This document shows, one piece after another, positions 39,879 to 49,251 of a stretch of 64,000 nt of DNA (positions are counted from its first letter, which is position 1; every line of letters starts with the position of its first letter). The DNA lies in assembly GCA_022823725.1 (NCBI GenBank), contig JAJEHL010000022.1, forward strand, positions 15,881 through 79,880, in the 5' to 3' direction. The translations under genes were made by a program, and so were the position numbers. The notes beneath the pieces are model-generated. The model saw only the letters and a list, made by a program, of their open reading frames with translations. It searched no databases and was not told the DNA's origin. The stretch comes from Candidatus Latescibacterota bacterium. GTDB taxonomy: Bacteria; Latescibacterota; UBA2968.

Positions 39879-41114
39879 ATGAACGACCAAATGCAACACG
39901 CCCGCGATGTCGCACTCGGCATCCTCAAACCGTCACAGCGCGACCTGGAACACGGCCTGGAACTCCACGAACACGCCCTCGTCATCGAATCCTACGGCCT
40001 AGGCCTGCGCTCACCCATTGATCCCGACCCCGTCAACGCAGCCATCGAAGCAGGCGCGTCTGACCGCGAACTGCAAGACCTCACCGAAGACATGGGCATG
40101 ACCCGCTGGGCACTCACACCCGAACTCCGTCGAGAATACCGGGAAATCTGGCATGCCTCTGGCGTCACCTGCACCTTTCAAAACGCAGGCGAAGAATGCA
40201 ACGACCCCCTGCGCATCATCAAACGCCTTGCCCGACACACGTACAACACCGACGCCATGCCCGACTTCCTCCAGCGCGTCACCACGCCCGACGACATCGT
40301 CGCAGCCCACAAAGCGGGCAAACGCTGCACCTATCTCACCTGCAACGGCATTCCACTCGCCGGCGACCAGACCAACCCCGAAGAGGAACTGCGCTACATC
40401 CGCGTCTTTGCACAACTGGGCGCGCGCATGATGCACCTCACGTACAACCGCCGCAACCCCATCGGAGATGGCTGCGGCGAACCCAACGACGCGGGCTTGA
40501 GCGACTTTGGACATGCCACAGTCGCCGAAATGAACCGCCTCGGCATCATCATTGACCTCTCCCACACCGGCTGGCAAACCTGCCTCGACGCAGCAAAAGC
40601 ATCCGCACAACCCGTCGTCGTCAGCCACTCCGTCGCCTGCACACTCAACGAACACATCCGAAGCAAACCCGACAACATCATCCGCGCAGTACTCGACACC
40701 GGGGGCACCATGGGCATCACCAATGTACCCGCATTCCTCGGCGGCAACGGCGACATCGGTGCCTTCCTCGACCACATTGACTACGTCGCCAAAACCTTTG
40801 GCACCGACGCCGTCACCATCGGCACAGACCGAGGCTACCCTTCTCAATACATCGCCGAAGCCAACCGCAAACTCAACCCCCGTCCCAAACAGCGCAACCG
40901 CTGGGAAGCACTCTGGCCGCCCAGAGACCCTCTCCATTCCTCCGAATGGCGACAACCCCACCAGGAACAAAGCCTCACCTGGACCAACTGGCCCCTCTTC
41001 ACCGTCGGCCTTGTGCAACGGGGCTACAGCGACGACGACATCGCAAAAATCATCGGCGGCAACATCCTCCGCGTAGCACGAGACGTCTGGAAAGACTCAG
41101 TTTACGCGGTCTAA
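39879..41114 (+). CDS. Membrane dipeptidase family (M19) amidohydrolase
   Basis: HLTYNRRN..GDGC, DLSH, VSHS, IGTD, IIGGNILRV. Confidence 0.85.
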   Translation: MNDQMQHARDVALGILKPSQRDLEHGLELHEHALVIESYGLGLRSPIDPDPVNAAIEAGASDRELQDLTEDMGMTRWALTPELRREYREIWHASGVTCTFQNAGEECNDPLRIIKRLARHTYNTDAMPDFLQRVTTPDDIVAAHKAGKRCTYLTCNGIPLAGDQTNPEEELRYIRVFAQLGARMMHLTYNRRNPIGDGCGEPNDAGLSDFGHATVAEMNRLGIIIDLSHTGWQTCLDAAKASAQPVVVSHSVACTLNEHIRSKPDNIIRAVLDTGGTMGITNVPAFLGGNGDIGAFLDHIDYVAKTFGTDAVTIGTDRGYPSQYIAEANRKLNPRPKQRNRWEALWPPRDPLHSSEWRQPHQEQSLTWTNWPLFTVGLVQRGYSDDDIAKIIGGNILRVARDVWKDSVYAV

Positions 41115-41136
41115 AAAATAAAAAGGGAGGAAAATC

Positions 41137-42264
41137 ATGAGCAAAGCGCGTCAAATCTACGAAGACCTGGGCGTTGTCCCTGTAATCAACGCATCGGGAT
41201 ATCAGACCGTCATTGGCGGGTCGCGAGTAGGCACAGAAGTGCAAGCCGCAATGGACATAGCGAATCGCTACTTTGCGGACATGGAAGCACTACTCAAAAA
41301 AACCGGCGCAATCATCGCCGACACCCTCAGCGCAGAAGCGGCAATGGTCACACCTGGATGCGCGGCAGCATTAGCCCTCAGCTCAGCCGCCTGCATGTCG
41401 GGCAGCGACCCCGAGAAAATGGAACAATTGCCCGACACAACGGGCATGAAACATCACATTTTAATACAAAAAAAACAGCGCTATCACTACGACCCGGTAC
41501 TCACTGTCTTCGGCGCCAAACTCATCGAAGTAGGCGATGAAAACGGAACAACCGAAGCCCAACTCGAAGCCGCCATATCAGACCAGACCGCAGCCATCCA
41601 CTATTTCGCACCCGGAGGCCAGGCAGGCGTCCTATCCCCCGAAGACGTCGTCCGCATCGCCCACGCCAACGGGATACCCGTCATCGTCGATGCAGCGAGC
41701 CAGGTCTATCCCCTCGAAACCATGCTAAAATATCCCGACATGGGCGCAGATCTAATCGGCTACGGCGCAAAATACATTGGCTCGTGTCACTCCACAGGCA
41801 TCTTGTGTGGACGCAAAGACCTCATCGACGCCGCCTTTCTCCACTCCTTCATCGGTTATGAAACCTGCCCTTACGACACCATAGGCCGCCCGCTAAAAGT
41901 AGATCGGCAAGAAGTCATCGCCGTCGTCGTTGCCCTGCGCGAATGGTTCAGCATGGACCACGAAACGCGCCTATCCGAATACAAACGCAAAGCCGAAGCA
42001 CTACTATCAGACCTGAAAGACATCCCCCACATCGCAGCCAAATTCTCGGCCGACTCACGAGGCCTGAGCGATGGCGTACACATCACAGTCGATGAAACCG
42101 CACTGGGCAAAACCGCAGCGCAAATAATCGAAGAACTTCGACAGGGCAATCCATCCGTATGGACACGCGGCAGCGCAAACACCTTCCGCGTCGCCGTAAC
42201 CAACTTCATCGAAGACGACCAGGAAATCGTCACCGCACGCCTGCGCGAAATACTGACCGGATAA
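41137..42264 (+). CDS. SelA-like / DgaE family PLP-dependent enzyme (probably not true SelA)
   Basis: VINASG..T.IGGS, VDAAS, YGAKYIG (PLP Lys), GRPLKV.RQE; 375 aa, with no N-terminal tRNA-binding extension. Confidence 0.8.
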   Translation: MSKARQIYEDLGVVPVINASGYQTVIGGSRVGTEVQAAMDIANRYFADMEALLKKTGAIIADTLSAEAAMVTPGCAAALALSSAACMSGSDPEKMEQLPDTTGMKHHILIQKKQRYHYDPVLTVFGAKLIEVGDENGTTEAQLEAAISDQTAAIHYFAPGGQAGVLSPEDVVRIAHANGIPVIVDAASQVYPLETMLKYPDMGADLIGYGAKYIGSCHSTGILCGRKDLIDAAFLHSFIGYETCPYDTIGRPLKVDRQEVIAVVVALREWFSMDHETRLSEYKRKAEALLSDLKDIPHIAAKFSADSRGLSDGVHITVDETALGKTAAQIIEELRQGNPSVWTRGSANTFRVAVTNFIEDDQEIVTARLREILTG

Positions 42265-42290
42265 CTTGCCACACAAAATCCCAACATAAA

Positions 42291-42322
42291 AAACGCCATC
42301 AGCTATTTTGCCGATGGCGTTT
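42291..42322. terminator. Bidirectional terminator
   Basis: AAACGCCATC / GATGGCGTTT between convergent genes. Confidence 0.8.
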
Positions 42323-42338
42323 GTGCTTATAACCTCTC

Positions 42339-43124
42339 TCAACCCCGTGCGAGATCGCGATACGCCCTGAACAGATCGGAATAATAAGCCACAAACATCC
42401 ACAGATCGCCCACCCCCTTATCGGGACGCCGCTCTGTCTCTGCCGACATGTAGCCCTCATAGCCCTTCTCGTGCAGCAGCCGGAACAACTCGCGATACGG
42501 ATAGCCCTGTCCCGCCAGATCGTGCATATGCACGTGATCCAGCCAGGGCCACACCATATCCAATGCCTGTTTCACAGATCCATCCACCACATCTTGCGGC
42601 ACCGAATTCCACACCAACCCAAAATTCTCGTGATCCACCTGCTCGGCCACTGCCCGGCATGCTTGCCAATCGAACTCACCGTGCAACTCCAGGCAGGGCT
42701 TTACCCCCTTCTCAGCACCGTAATCACACAGCGGCTTCAGGGCCTTTGCCACCTGAGCAATCGTCTGTTCCCTGGGCACTTCTGCTGGAAAATTATTCCC
42801 AAACACGCGCACGCGAGGCGCGCCCAGATCAGACGCCAGATCCATCCGAACCATCGTCTGCTCAATATGATCTCGAAGCTCGTCCGGATCCGTATCGTGA
42901 TACCGATTGCCAGTCGCAATACTCATAATATCGATCCCCATCGCCTCACAATCTGCCACCACCTGCTCTCGTTCTGCCTCGTCAATTGACGCCTCCACCC
43001 CGTGACCATGCCCCGCATCCGTGCGAAACTCCACCCCCTCAAACCCATGATCCTTCAACATCTGCAACAAATCCCGTCGGGAAAGATCCTTCAAAACACC
43101 ATAAGTCATCCACGAAGGTTTCAT
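42339..43124 (-). CDS. Sugar phosphate isomerase/epimerase (TIM barrel)
   Basis: GFEGVEFR, LELHG, HVHMHD, SAETE. Confidence 0.85.
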   Translation of the reverse strand: MKPSWMTYGVLKDLSRRDLLQMLKDHGFEGVEFRTDAGHGHGVEASIDEAEREQVVADCEAMGIDIMSIATGNRYHDTDPDELRDHIEQTMVRMDLASDLGAPRVRVFGNNFPAEVPREQTIAQVAKALKPLCDYGAEKGVKPCLELHGEFDWQACRAVAEQVDHENFGLVWNSVPQDVVDGSVKQALDMVWPWLDHVHMHDLAGQGYPYRELFRLLHEKGYEGYMSAETERRPDKGVGDLWMFVAYYSDLFRAYRDLARG

Positions 43125-43219
43125 GCTTATTCTCCTATTGAGTTAAAATTGCCTATCTCGATCAACTGGGCACCTGCAACAAAATCAACATCTTTTACGT
43201 CCTTATCCCGCCAGATATA

Positions 43220-43247
43220 TTGACAAACGGGCAGGTTGATCTATAAT
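43220..43247 (+). promoter_or_regulatory. Consensus sigma70 promoter for the R-M gene
   Basis: TTGACA-16 nt-TATAAT. Confidence 0.7.
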
Positions 43248-43310
43248 ATACTGAAAGGGTAGAAAACCTGGTGGATTTTCCATATCCAAAACCATCTAAA
43301 ATCTCACCGC

Positions 43311-45854
43311 GTGACTACTCCCAACGCTGAAGCTGTTGGGCTTTACGGGCTATTAGGTAAAATGATAGATATCAATGGACAACGCAATATACTGGACCAG
43401 GTTGATCTTCTTAGATATAACCTCGTTGTAAATGGCAAAAAGAAAAACCACCTCGGCCAGTTCTTTACTCCTGCTCCGATAGCTGAGTTCATGGCACAGA
43501 TGTTTCGCATATCAGAAGCCTCTGTTCATTTACTCGATGCTGGTGCTGGAATAGGGTCTCTTTCTGCTGCTTTTGCCGATTATGTCTGCACACAGAAGCA
43601 TCTCCCGAAGGAATTTACAATCACAGCCTATGAAATTGATGCTTCATTGACGCCACTTTTAGAAAATACATTGAACGCTTGCCGCTCAAAATGTGAGCAA
43701 CTGGGCATCCATTTTAGCTACAAAATAATCAATGAAGATTTTGTCAAAGCTGCTACATCTGCACTCAGACAAGATCTGTTCTCTCCCCATGTCAAAAAGT
43801 TCAATTATGCTATTCTCAATCCCCCTTACAAAAAAATCCAGAGTTCTTCTGAACACAGAAAATTATTGCGTCGCCTTGGGATTGAAACGAGCAATCTTTA
43901 TACAGCCTTTCTTGCAATAATAAAAAAATTATTAACTGACAAAGGACAACTCGTTGCAATTACACCGAGAAGCTTCTGCAATGGACCTTATTTCAAAGCA
44001 TTTAGAAATGACTTTCTTAAAGAAATGGCATTAAAGAGAATTCACATCTTTGAATCCAGAAAAAGGGCCTTCAGCGATGATGGTGTGCTGCAAGAAAACA
44101 TCATTTTTCAGGCGATCAAATCTAAGGCAAAACCATCAGAGATAGCGATTTCATCTCATTCATCTCCAGGAGACCCTCTATTCTGGAGAGATGTTGAACA
44201 TGACCAGGTGATACATCCAGAGGATCCCGATAAGTTCATTCACATCATTACAGATGAGATGGACCATCAAATAGCCGAAAAGATGAAGCATTTTCAATCA
44301 ACTCTGGAGGAGCTTGGCATTTCGGTGTCAACGGGCAGAGTGGTTGATTTTCGAGCGGACAAATTCTTGAAACAGGTGCCAAATAAAAAAACCGTGCCCT
44401 TAATTTATCCCATGCATTTCCAGCAAGGTTTTATTGAATGGCCCCCCAAAAACAGCAAGAAACCCCATGCCATTATTTTTTCAGAAGAATCCAAAAATTT
44501 ATTGGTCCCGTCTGGCACGTATGTTTTAGTAAGGCGTTTCTCTACAAAGGAAGAAAAGCGCAGGATCGTAGCTGCTATCTATGATCCAGAGCGAATAAAA
44601 TCAGAAACAGTAGGCTTTGAGAACCATCTGAATTATTTCCATTGCAATGGAAAAGGACTGCCTACAAGCCTTGCAAAAGGACTGGCAGTTTTTCTCAATT
44701 CAATGATGGTTGACGCTTACTTCAGATTGTTCAACGGCCATACTCAGGTAAATGCTACGGACTTGAGAAGTCTAAAATACCCTTCAAGAGTAAAACTCGA
44801 ATCTCTGGGGGAAAAAATTAAGGACAGATTACCGGATGACGATGCGTTAGATAATTTAATTGAGCAAGAGGTCTTTGATATGGCAAATGAAAGCGGGAAA
44901 CCAGATCCAATCAAAAGCAAACAAAAGATAGAAGCGGCACTCGCAATACTGAAATCTATTGGTATGCCAGGTGCTCAGCAGAATGAGCGTTCAGCATTAA
45001 CCCTGCTGGCATTGATCGATGTAAAGTCTGAAACGCAGTGGGAGGATGCGAATAATCCTTTGATCGGCATTACACCCATCATGAATTTTGCGGCTGACCA
45101 TTATGGGAAACAATACGCACCAAATACGAGAGAGACCGTTAGAAGACAGACAGTACATCAGTTTTTGGATGCTGGCATTATCCGCATCAACCCCGATGTT
45201 CCCAATAGACCGACCAACAGCCCTAATACGGTATATCAAATTGAAGACTCTACTCTTGACCTGATCCGCTCTTATGGCAGTGCAAACTGGAATGAAGAAT
45301 TAGAGAAATTCCTGCTATCAAGAGAGACTTTGCAAGCGAAGTATGCACAGGAACGTCAGGAACGAAAAATCCCCGTTGATATATCAAACACAATCCAGGT
45401 AAATCTCTCCCCTGGGGGACAAAACGAGCTTGTTAAGAAAATCATTGAGGATATGTTTCCCAATTTCGCACCTGAAGGCACGATAATCTATCTTGGGGAT
45501 ACTGCCAGCAAATTTGCCTATTTTGACCGGAAAGCACTTGAAATGTTAGGTGTAGATATTGAAGACCACGGTAAGATGCCAGATGTGGTCATTCATCATA
45601 AGAAAAAAAATTGGTTGCTGCTTATCGAAGCTGTAACCAGTCATGGTCCTGTTGATCCAAAACGTCGAGGAGAGTTGCAAAAACTCTTTGAAACCTCAAA
45701 AGCAGGACTTGTTTTTATTACAACATTTTTGACTCGAAGAGATATGATGAGATATCTCCCTGAAATCTCCTGGGAAACAGAAGTCTGGATCGCTGAATCT
45801 CCGACGCATATGATACATTTTGACGGGGAGAGGTTTTTAGGGCCTTATGAATGA
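43311..45854 (+). CDS. Fused N6-adenine methyltransferase + BsuBI/PstI-family restriction endonuclease
   Basis: LGQFFTP, DAGAGIG, NPPY, GHTQVNATDL in the N-terminal ~520 aa. From Met524: ERSALTLLAL, RETVRR, MPDVV...IEAVTSHGP, SWETEVW. Alternative start ATG 43362. Confidence 0.9.
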   Translation: MTTPNAEAVGLYGLLGKMIDINGQRNILDQVDLLRYNLVVNGKKKNHLGQFFTPAPIAEFMAQMFRISEASVHLLDAGAGIGSLSAAFADYVCTQKHLPKEFTITAYEIDASLTPLLENTLNACRSKCEQLGIHFSYKIINEDFVKAATSALRQDLFSPHVKKFNYAILNPPYKKIQSSSEHRKLLRRLGIETSNLYTAFLAIIKKLLTDKGQLVAITPRSFCNGPYFKAFRNDFLKEMALKRIHIFESRKRAFSDDGVLQENIIFQAIKSKAKPSEIAISSHSSPGDPLFWRDVEHDQVIHPEDPDKFIHIITDEMDHQIAEKMKHFQSTLEELGISVSTGRVVDFRADKFLKQVPNKKTVPLIYPMHFQQGFIEWPPKNSKKPHAIIFSEESKNLLVPSGTYVLVRRFSTKEEKRRIVAAIYDPERIKSETVGFENHLNYFHCNGKGLPTSLAKGLAVFLNSMMVDAYFRLFNGHTQVNATDLRSLKYPSRVKLESLGEKIKDRLPDDDALDNLIEQEVFDMANESGKPDPIKSKQKIEAALAILKSIGMPGAQQNERSALTLLALIDVKSETQWEDANNPLIGITPIMNFAADHYGKQYAPNTRETVRRQTVHQFLDAGIIRINPDVPNRPTNSPNTVYQIEDSTLDLIRSYGSANWNEELEKFLLSRETLQAKYAQERQERKIPVDISNTIQVNLSPGGQNELVKKIIEDMFPNFAPEGTIIYLGDTASKFAYFDRKALEMLGVDIEDHGKMPDVVIHHKKKNWLLLIEAVTSHGPVDPKRRGELQKLFETSKAGLVFITTFLTRRDMMRYLPEISWETEVWIAESPTHMIHFDGERFLGPYE

Positions 45855-45929
45855 TATTTTATTTTTTTAAAAATGGCGGATCAGTGCGTCAATATAAAAG
45901 GTAGGGAATTGAAGATAGGATGATGCGAC

Positions 45930-46739
45930 TTATTCCAGATCGGGGAGTTCCTCACGGGACAGGAGCAGCTTGATTGAGCGCGCTTGGCGGGGAACTCTCG
46001 ATATAAGACCGCGTTTTTCCAGGGTTTTGAGCATGCTGTTAACGGAAGGGCCTGTGATGCCAAAATACCTCTGTATATCTGCCTGGGCCGGGGGATAACC
46101 GTTCAACTTCGTATAATAATAGATAAATGTCAGATATTGTCCCTGTCTATGGGTATATACTGGTGCCTTCTCTCGCTTGAAGACCTTGTAGCAGTCGAGA
46201 AAAGATAGCATCCGATTGCTTTCCTCAAGATCAAAATTTTCGGGATCGAATAGCTCTCCTATCCACTCTGAATACATTTCATGCTCTGGATGATTTTTGT
46301 TCTGAAGTGCGCTTAAACATTCCTCGTACCCCCAAACGCCACCCACATCCTCTGGTGGGCATGCGCGTTTTCCCGTCAGACAGATAGGATAAAACACCCC
46401 GGCTTCTGGCTCCTTGATCTGTTCAACCCGAATCATGTGTTCCCAGCTATCACCGAAATCATATTCATATATGATTTGCGCCCCAACCTCAACGGCGACC
46501 TGCTGAAGAGAGGTTTCGTTTGCATTTCGATTATCCATTCCCCAGTCTAACATGCCTGGATAAGGGGTGCTATAATAGGTATCGTCAACGATGAATTGGT
46601 GAAGATGAGAATCTGTCCATCCCATCACAATCTGAATCACCTGGTGCAATTCTCCAAGTGAGATGTTGCCATCAACCTCAACTCGCCGCCATATCGGCGG
46701 TCTGGAACCCGTTAGAGTAATTTTGAGTCGATAGATCAT
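45930..46739 (-). CDS. Plasmid pRiA4b ORF-3 family protein with C-terminal LexA-like winged HTH
   Basis: PPIWRR, HLHQF, YEYDFGDSWEH, GKRACPPEDVGG; then T.RQGQYL.FI...PP...I...F.IT..SV..ML..LE.RG.I.R. Confidence 0.85.
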   Translation of the reverse strand: MIYRLKITLTGSRPPIWRRVEVDGNISLGELHQVIQIVMGWTDSHLHQFIVDDTYYSTPYPGMLDWGMDNRNANETSLQQVAVEVGAQIIYEYDFGDSWEHMIRVEQIKEPEAGVFYPICLTGKRACPPEDVGGVWGYEECLSALQNKNHPEHEMYSEWIGELFDPENFDLEESNRMLSFLDCYKVFKREKAPVYTHRQGQYLTFIYYYTKLNGYPPAQADIQRYFGITGPSVNSMLKTLEKRGLISRVPRQARSIKLLLSREELPDLE

Positions 46740-47877
46740 GATGTATTCCTTTTAAAACTCCCAATGCACTTGAGACAGATTTTGCGATTGCATAACCCAC
46801 CGGTGGACAAACAGAATTGCCAATTTGCCCAAGCATCTGGTAAGCTGCGCCTTGAAAAATCCAATCTTCTGGGAATCCCTGAAGAAGCGCACAATCCTGA
46901 ACAGAAAGCCTGAAATGACCATTCTCCGGGGGAAACATCATGGCTTCTTCTCTGGACTTTTGCACGCCATTGGGCCAAATCTGGAGTTTTTCCCACACCT
47001 TTTGACTCGCCTTACTATTCAAAATGCTGGTCGATTTTCTGGGACCAGTGAAGCCAGAGCGAAGCGTAGGCGCAAAGCAATCAAAACCAATATCTTCCAG
47101 ACCCAAAGCAGCCCTCGTTCCCATCGTATGTCTGCCAGAGTAGAACAAGCTATCTTTGGAGAAATGGGTCGGTTCAGGAATTTTGTAGCGATTGACTACT
47201 TGGAGAGACCGAAAGCCAACAAAAATAACTCGCTTCCTGATTTGTGGCACGCCGAAGTCGGATGCGACAGCTTCGAACTTTACGATGTGATAATGCGGTG
47301 TCAGTGGCGCGAGAATCACCTCGTTTACATACTTATCGAACTTTGGATTGAGCAAGCCTGGAACATTCTCAGCAATGAAAGCCTCGGGCATGAGCGTTAG
47401 CAAAGCATCAATAAATGCGGGCCACATATCTCTGTCGTCTTTGCTCCCACTCTGCTTTCCGGCAATTGAAAAAGGCTGGCAGGGAGGACCTCCGTGAATG
47501 AGATCTACTTTACCCTTATATGTTGACCAATCTGTTTTTGTAACATCACCCTTTGAGCCATACAGAACGCTCCATTGCGGACGGTTTTGTTGGAGTGTTG
47601 CGCCACAAATATCCAGGATATCAAAACTGGCAACATGCTCAAACCCTGCATATTCAAAACTAAGATCCAAACCGCCACCACCCGAAAAGAGAGAGAGGGA
47701 TCTCAAGCCGTTTTGTCGTTGTTTTGGCATCAACTTCTCTGGTTTCAGAACAGGCTTATTGATTCTGCCCAGTTCCTGTTGCAACTCACCATTGATTGCG
47801 GCCTTCTTCCTGAGTCTGGATCGAGTAGAAATCTCTCGATACCACTCCCGTTTGGCCTCCGATATATCGTATGGCAT
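46678..47877 (-). CDS. DNA (cytosine-5) methyltransferase, no adjacent cognate endonuclease
   Basis: LFSGGGGLDL, GGPPCQPFS, ENVPG, PQIRKRV, QGFP, IGNSVCP. Confidence 0.93.
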   Translation of the reverse strand: MPYDISEAKREWYREISTRSRLRKKAAINGELQQELGRINKPVLKPEKLMPKQRQNGLRSLSLFSGGGGLDLSFEYAGFEHVASFDILDICGATLQQNRPQWSVLYGSKGDVTKTDWSTYKGKVDLIHGGPPCQPFSIAGKQSGSKDDRDMWPAFIDALLTLMPEAFIAENVPGLLNPKFDKYVNEVILAPLTPHYHIVKFEAVASDFGVPQIRKRVIFVGFRSLQVVNRYKIPEPTHFSKDSLFYSGRHTMGTRAALGLEDIGFDCFAPTLRSGFTGPRKSTSILNSKASQKVWEKLQIWPNGVQKSREEAMMFPPENGHFRLSVQDCALLQGFPEDWIFQGAAYQMLGQIGNSVCPPVGYAIAKSVSSALGVLKGIHHDLSTQNYSNGFQTADMAAS

Positions 47878-47986
47878 TATTTTTTCTCTAATCTGTTGGA
47901 ATAAACGACAACTCTGTACAAAGTATAGCTATGCTTATCCGTTTTGCCCACCCTAAAATACGCAACATCATCAGACTTCATAGATC

Positions 47987-49096
47987 CTATAACCTGTCCA
48001 CCTGCGTCTCTCCGCGCTTCAGCTCTTCCATAAGCTCATCGTATTGATCCCGATCAACCGGAAATGCAACCTCCTCTTTTCGTATAGCCGAAAGCACAAT
48101 CGCGTTAATCAACTCCAGTGTTCGCCGCGCCGTCACCCCATCTGTAATCGCCTCGCCACCATCCAGAATCGCGGAAACAAAACTCTCCACCAGTGTTTGC
48201 CCGCCCTCATCGGACGGCACATCCTCCCAGCTAATACCTGGCTGATGCCCCTTTGCCCCCTTTATAAACGCCCGCATAGGCGCCTCGTACCGCCCCAGCC
48301 GAAACACATCTGGCACCTTTGAATTGGCATTCTTCTCATCCCGAAACTCAATCGTACCCAGATCCCCTGAAATCTGCCTGTAATTCAACCGTCGATCACA
48401 CGTACTCAACTGCACATTCGCATGGGCACCACAGGCAAAACGGATATTGGCAACAACCGTATCCTCAATCTCCACCCGATGACCCCAATTGCACATCATC
48501 GCAGAAACCGCAACCGGATCGCCCACCATCCAGCACAGCAAATCCAGATCGTGGCTGGTCTGATTCATCAGCACCCCGCCCCCTGCGTGCTCCCAGGTAC
48601 ACCGCCAGATATCCCGGTCGTAATACACCTCTGGCCGCGTCTCAATCCACATCCACAGCACCCGGTAAATCTCTCCCAGTGCCCCCTCATCAATCAGCCG
48701 CTTCAACGCGCGATTGCCGGGAAACGTGCGATAATTGTGTCCCACCGCCAGCTTCAGATCCCGCGCCTGCGCCGCCTCAATCATCCTATCCGCTTCGGAA
48801 ACCGTATTCGCAATCGGTTTCTCCACAAAAGTATGCAACCCCGCCTCCAGACAATCCAACCCCATCGGCGCGTGGAGATGGTGCGGCGTTGCAATCACCA
48901 CCGCATCCAGATCCTCGGACGCGATCATCTCCCGGTAATCGCCCCAGGCGCGCGCACCCCGCTCTTCCCCAACCTGCCGCGCATAATCCAGATCCAGATC
49001 CGCCACCGCCACCAACTCCGCCCGATCCAGTCCTGAAATCTCCCGTACATGCTGCCCGCCCATACCCTTCAAACCGACCACACCGAACCTGACCAT
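47987..49096 (-). CDS. Gfo/Idh/MocA family oxidoreductase
   Basis: VVGLKGMG, EKP, GGGVLMNQTSHDLD. Start moved to 49096. Confidence 0.9.
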   Translation of the reverse strand: MVRFGVVGLKGMGGQHVREISGLDRAELVAVADLDLDYARQVGEERGARAWGDYREMIASEDLDAVVIATPHHLHAPMGLDCLEAGLHTFVEKPIANTVSEADRMIEAAQARDLKLAVGHNYRTFPGNRALKRLIDEGALGEIYRVLWMWIETRPEVYYDRDIWRCTWEHAGGGVLMNQTSHDLDLLCWMVGDPVAVSAMMCNWGHRVEIEDTVVANIRFACGAHANVQLSTCDRRLNYRQISGDLGTIEFRDEKNANSKVPDVFRLGRYEAPMRAFIKGAKGHQPGISWEDVPSDEGGQTLVESFVSAILDGGEAITDGVTARRTLELINAIVLSAIRKEEVAFPVDRDQYDELMEELKRGETQVDRL

Positions 49097-49114
49097 AACG
49101 CTCTCCTTGATATG

Positions 49115-49140
49115 AGGGGCGAGGCATGCCTCGCCCCTAC
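49115..49140 (-). repeat. GTAG-type REP palindrome (single copy in the window)
   Basis: Minus strand GTAG-GGGCGAGGCATGCCTCGCCC-CT, a perfect palindrome. Confidence 0.6.
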
Positions 49141-49251
49141 GGTTGCTTTTCGCGCCTGATAGCTTATTTGCAGCACAGTACACCCATCAGACATATTGAC
49201 AAACAACGTGTCAATCCATAATATTCAAAAAACAAACTCGGAGGACTCCCC

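Noticed and set aside
41137-42264. Calling this gene selA because selD and selC are in the window
   Set aside because: It is only 375 aa, lacks the N-terminal tRNA-binding region of bacterial SelA, has DgaE/SelA-like motifs, and lies in a catabolic run more than 20 kb from selD/selC.
43311-45854. Claiming CTGCAG avoidance as proof of R-M specificity
   Set aside because: CTGCAG sites are present in the window (e.g. 22133) and I cannot compute expected counts. Specificity is left unassigned.
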